This document shows, piece after piece, positions 60,448-64,000 of a stretch of DNA of 64,000 bases. Position 1 is the stretch's first letter; every line of letters begins with the position of its first letter. Under the pieces are notes generated by a model. It was not told the origin of the DNA and searched no databases. It saw only the letters and a list, made by a program, of their open reading frames with translations. The stretch is from assembly GCA_918797485.1 (NCBI GenBank), contig CAKKNE010000002.1, positions 2,170,001 to 2,234,000 of the forward strand, in the 5' to 3' direction. The position numbers and the translations under genes were made by a program. This DNA comes from Pelagomonas calceolata. Its lineage: Eukaryota.

Positions 60448-63400
60448 CTAGTCCTCGAGCGTCGCCAGGAGGTCCTCGGCCTCGATGTTGTCGCCGATCG
60501 CGCAGAGCACCGACGTGACCGTGCCGGCGGCCGGCGCCACGATCGTGGACTCCATCTTCATCGCCGACAGGACAAACAACGTCTCGCCCTTGGACACGAC
60601 GTCGCCCTCGCCCACTTTCACGTCGACGACGACGCCCGGCATCGGCGCGCCGACGTCGCCACTGCTGGAAGAGGCCTTGCGGCGCATTTTGCGGGCGGAC
60701 CCCGCGCCGCCGCCACTCGCAATGGTCATGGCCTCCTCGTCCGTGACGCGGAACTGCCACGCCTCGCCGTTCACGGAAAACACCACCCTCCTCGAGCACG
60801 TCTTGTCGTCGAGCTCCGAGATGGATCTGAGTTCAACATACTCGGCGCGGCCGTGGCCGTCCTCGAACTCCACCTCGTCGTTCAGCGCCATCGGACGTAA
60901 GAAGACATGCGTAGGTAAGTGCCCAACATCATCATACACCAGTCGGTGCTCCATGTAGTCCGCGAAGACCGAGGGGTACAAGGCTTCTGACAAGACGTCC
61001 TTCTCGTCGATGTGGTAGGCCGCGCCTTCGAACTTCTCGGACAGGTCCTTAGCGGCTTGCTCGAAGTCGTAGGGCTCCATGGACAGGCCTGGTCTCCCTT
61101 GGAGAGCCTCGACGCCCCGTGCTTTCAGCACATGCGCTCTCAAAGGTTCCGGGAACCCGCCTGGTGGTGTCCCGAGGCCACCCTTCAAATAATCGACGAC
61201 ACTGTCGGGGAGCTTCCCGACCCACTGCTCCGTGTCGACATCTTCTTCCCTCAGTTTGTTGGCGACCATGAACTGGGCGAGGTCGCCGACGACCTTCGAG
61301 GACGGCGTGACTTTCGGGATGTCCCCCAGCAATCGGTTCGCGGCGGCGTAGGCTATTTTGACGGCGTCGAACTGGCCATCTAAGCCCAGTTGCCTACTCT
61401 GGAAGAGTAAGTTCGTGTACTGGCCGCCCGGGATCTCGTGACTATGAACATCGGAAGCCGTTGCTAGCTGGCCCGACTCGAAGGGCGCATACAGCGTCGC
61501 CCTCACGTCGTCCCAGTAGCTCGAGACCTTGGCGTAGGCGTCGCCATCCAAGCCGACCTCGGGCACCGCTTCCGCGATGGCACCCAGCGACGGCTGCGAG
61601 GTCAGGCCTGACATCGCGTCGACGGCACCGTCCACAATGTCGGCGCCCGCCTGGCTTGCAGCTAACATCGACGCCACGCCCAAGCCCGCGCTGTCGTGCG
61701 TGTGGACGTGGATCGGCGTCGTGGGGAACTTCTGCCGCAGCGCTTCCACCAATACAGTAGCTGAGCGAGGCGTGAGCAGCCCCGCCATGTCCTTGATGGC
61801 CAGAGCGTGCACGCCCAGGTCGATCATGCGCGTCGCCAGGTCCAGGTAGTAGTCCAGGTCGTACTTCTTCGATGAGGTCACGTCTCCGGTATAGCATAGG
61901 GTCCCCTCGACGAAGCCCCCGGCGGCCTTCGCGGCCTTCACGCCCAGCGCCAAATTCTCAACGTCGTTCAAGGAATCAAACACTCGGAAGATGTCGATAC
62001 CACTCTCATAAGCCTGCTCGCAGAACTTGTAGATGACGTTGTCCGGGTACGCCGTGTAGCCGACACCATTGGCCCCCCGCAGCAGCATCTGGAAGGGGAT
62101 GTCCGGCGCCAATTCCCTCAATTGCTCTAAGCGCGCCCAGGGGCATTCGTGCAAGAATCGCAGACAGACGTCGAACGTCGCGCCGCCCCACATCTCTACC
62201 GAAAAGGCGCTTTTGCCGAGCGCGTCCTGCGTCTCTCGGGCCACGCGGGCGATGTCGGACGTGCGCACGCGCGTCGCGAGTAAGGACTGGTGGGCGTCCC
62301 TCCAAGTGGTATCGGTCACGAGTAACGAAGGAGAAGCTCGCACGGCCTTCGCGAGCGCTTCAGGGCCCTCCTCCCTCAGAATCTTGCGCCAGGGCCCCGG
62401 CTCCTTCCTAGCGACGTCGGGCTTCGGGATGTAGGTCGTGCGCACCTTGTCGAGCTTCGACGCGTCCGCGCCGAGCGACGACGGGTGGCCGTTCACCGCG
62501 ACGTTCGCGAGGTAGCGCAAGTTCCGCTCGACCCTGAAAACTTTGTCTTGGGATGATTGGAAGTGCATGACGTCCCAGGCGCTCTTTCCTATCGAGAGTA
62601 ACGACGGGTTGTCTCCAATAAATGAGGTCGTGACGTCGCCCTTGACGAAATCAGGATGCTCAAGCACATTCAATAAAAAGGGCACGTTCGTCTTGACGCC
62701 GCGGATGCGCATCTCGAGCAACGCTCTCCTCATCCTCCGCACGGCGGCGGGCCACGTCGCCGCGCGCGCCGTGTACTTTACCAAGAGTGAATCGAAGTAC
62801 GGCGTGATGCGCATGCCCGTGTACCCGACGCCGTCGACGCGCATGCCGACGCCCTGGGCGTGCCTATAGACAGCTAGCGTGCCCGCGTCCGGCGCGAAGT
62901 CCCTTTCTGGATTTTCTGTGGTGATGCGGCACTGGATCGCCACACCTCTAGGCTTGATGTCCTGCTGGATCAGGCCCAGCTCTCTCAGAGACGCACCGGC
63001 CGCAATGCGGAATTGCGTCTGTACTAAGTCAATACCGGTCACCTCCTCGGTCACGGTATGTTCCACTTGGATGCGCGGATTCACCTCAATAAAAAAGTGC
63101 TCGTCAGACTTCACATCGACCAAAAACTCGACGGTGCCCGCGTTCTTGTAGCCCGCCGACTTCCCGAGCCGCACGGCGTCGTCCTGGAGGCGCTTTCTTA
63201 ACCCATCGTTCAGATTCCACGCGGGCGCGATCTCGACGACCTTCTGGTGCCGCCGCTGCACCGAGCAGTCGCGCTCCCAGAGGTGGACGACGTCGTTGCC
63301 GTCTCCAACAATTTGGACTTCTACATGGCGTGGATCTTCCACGTATCGCTCCAAGAAACAAGAACCGTCGCCGAACGCCGCCAACGCCTCCGACGCGGCG

Positions 63401-64000
63401 CTCTCGAACTGCGACTCGACTTCATCTAACGTTCGCGCAATTCTCATCCCCTTGCCGCCGCCGCCCATCAACGCCTTGATCATGACGGGGAGGCCGAACT
63501 CCTCGGCAAACGCGCGCGCTTCCTGCGCCGTGTCCAGGGCATTCTCCGTGCCGGGCACGACGGGCACGTTCGCCGCGATGGCCATCTTCCGCGCCGAGAC
63601 CTTGTCCGAGAAGGAGAGTAAGTTCTCGACCGTCGGCCCCACGAACGTGATGCCGCGCTCGCCGCACAATCGCGCGAGCTCCGGCGATTCGGACAAAAAA
63701 CCATAGCCCGGGTGCACGGCCTCGACGCCCTCGCGCTCGGCGATGTCCACGATGGACTTGGGATCTAAATAAGCGCCGACGGGCGTGTCTCGCGCCGGCA
63801 GCAAGAACGACTGGTCCGCGCACCACCGGTGCGCCGAGTTCCGGTCCTCCATGGCATACACACCGACCGTCGCCATGTTCAGCTCCGTGCCGGCGCGCAT
63901 GATGCGCACGGCGATCTCGGCGCGGTTTGCGGCCATGACCTTGTTAAAGGGCGGGACCTCGCACGCCTCCTTGACGACGCTCGCGTCGTCCGGCTTTACT
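60448..64000 (-). CDS. pyc: pyruvate carboxylase (5' end outside the window)
   Basis: ANRAEIAVR, HPGYGFLSE, ERDCSVQRRHQK, DTTWRDAHQSLLATR, biotinyl SAMKME; frame open to the window edge. Confidence 0.97.
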   Translation of the reverse strand, partial: VKPDDASVVKEACEVPPFNKVMAANRAEIAVRIMRAGTELNMATVGVYAMEDRNSAHRWCADQSFLLPARDTPVGAYLDPKSIVDIAEREGVEAVHPGYGFLSESPELARLCGERGITFVGPTVENLLSFSDKVSARKMAIAANVPVVPGTENALDTAQEARAFAEEFGLPVMIKALMGGGGKGMRIARTLDEVESQFESAASEALAAFGDGSCFLERYVEDPRHVEVQIVGDGNDVVHLWERDCSVQRRHQKVVEIAPAWNLNDGLRKRLQDDAVRLGKSAGYKNAGTVEFLVDVKSDEHFFIEVNPRIQVEHTVTEEVTGIDLVQTQFRIAAGASLRELGLIQQDIKPRGVAIQCRITTENPERDFAPDAGTLAVYRHAQGVGMRVDGVGYTGMRITPYFDSLLVKYTARAATWPAAVRRMRRALLEMRIRGVKTNVPFLLNVLEHPDFVKGDVTTSFIGDNPSLLSIGKSAWDVMHFQSSQDKVFRVERNLRYLANVAVNGHPSSLGADASKLDKVRTTYIPKPDVARKEPGPWRKILREEGPEALAKAVRASPSLLVTDTTWRDAHQSLLATRVRTSDIARVARETQDALGKSAFSVEMWGGATFDVCLRFLHECPWARLEQLRELAPDIPFQMLLRGANGVGYTAYPDNVIYKFCEQAYESGIDIFRVFDSLNDVENLALGVKAAKAAGGFVEGTLCYTGDVTSSKKYDLDYYLDLATRMIDLGVHALAIKDMAGLLTPRSATVLVEALRQKFPTTPIHVHTHDSAGLGVASMLAASQAGADIVDGAVDAMSGLTSQPSLGAIAEAVPEVGLDGDAYAKVSSYWDDVRATLYAPFESGQLATASDVHSHEIPGGQYTNLLFQSRQLGLDGQFDAVKIAYAAANRLLGDIPKVTPSSKVVGDLAQFMVANKLREEDVDTEQWVGKLPDSVVDYLKGGLGTPPGGFPEPLRAHVLKARGVEALQGRPGLSMEPYDFEQAAKDLSEKFEGAAYHIDEKDVLSEALYPSVFADYMEHRLVYDDVGHLPTHVFLRPMALNDEVEFEDGHGRAEYVELRSISELDDKTCSRRVVFSVNGEAWQFRVTDEEAMTIASGGGAGSARKMRRKASSSSGDVGAPMPGVVVDVKVGEGDVVSKGETLFVLSAMKMESTIVAPAAGTVTSVLCAIGDNIEAEDLLATLED

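Overview
Very GC-rich, gene-dense eukaryotic nuclear DNA. Bipartite plastid-targeting presequences, flagellar genes, short GT/GC-AG introns and introner elements suggest a pelagophyte stramenopile (Pelagomonas/Aureococcus-like; inference). About 37 protein-coding genes are present, mostly in head-to-head pairs with very short tail-to-tail gaps. Recognisable products include RsfS/Iojap, a p25-alpha protein, a Rad5/SHPRH-like SNF2-RING helicase, TrmJ-like and NOL1/Sun methyltransferases, cyclophilin, a deiodinase-like protein, SOUL, SecE, RPS14, RING and U-box ligases, a 2946-aa WWE/IQ/ankyrin/WW protein, threonine dehydratase, NhaC, NF-YA, IFT56, JmjC, SLC35F6, MFS, riboflavin synthase, DUF1995, TTLL and pyruvate carboxylase. 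Main non-coding signals: (1) a 24-bp element GCTAGCGGCCTGTAAGACACTAGC found once in most 5' intergenic regions and never seen in coding or convergent regions; (2) a family of TIR-bounded introner elements with 8-bp target-site duplications, inserted in both orientations and at different stages of decay; (3) a 12-intron gene encoding SET-like and AP2-like domains, with a 302-bp orphan copy 13.5 kb away. All calls were made by eye, without database searches.
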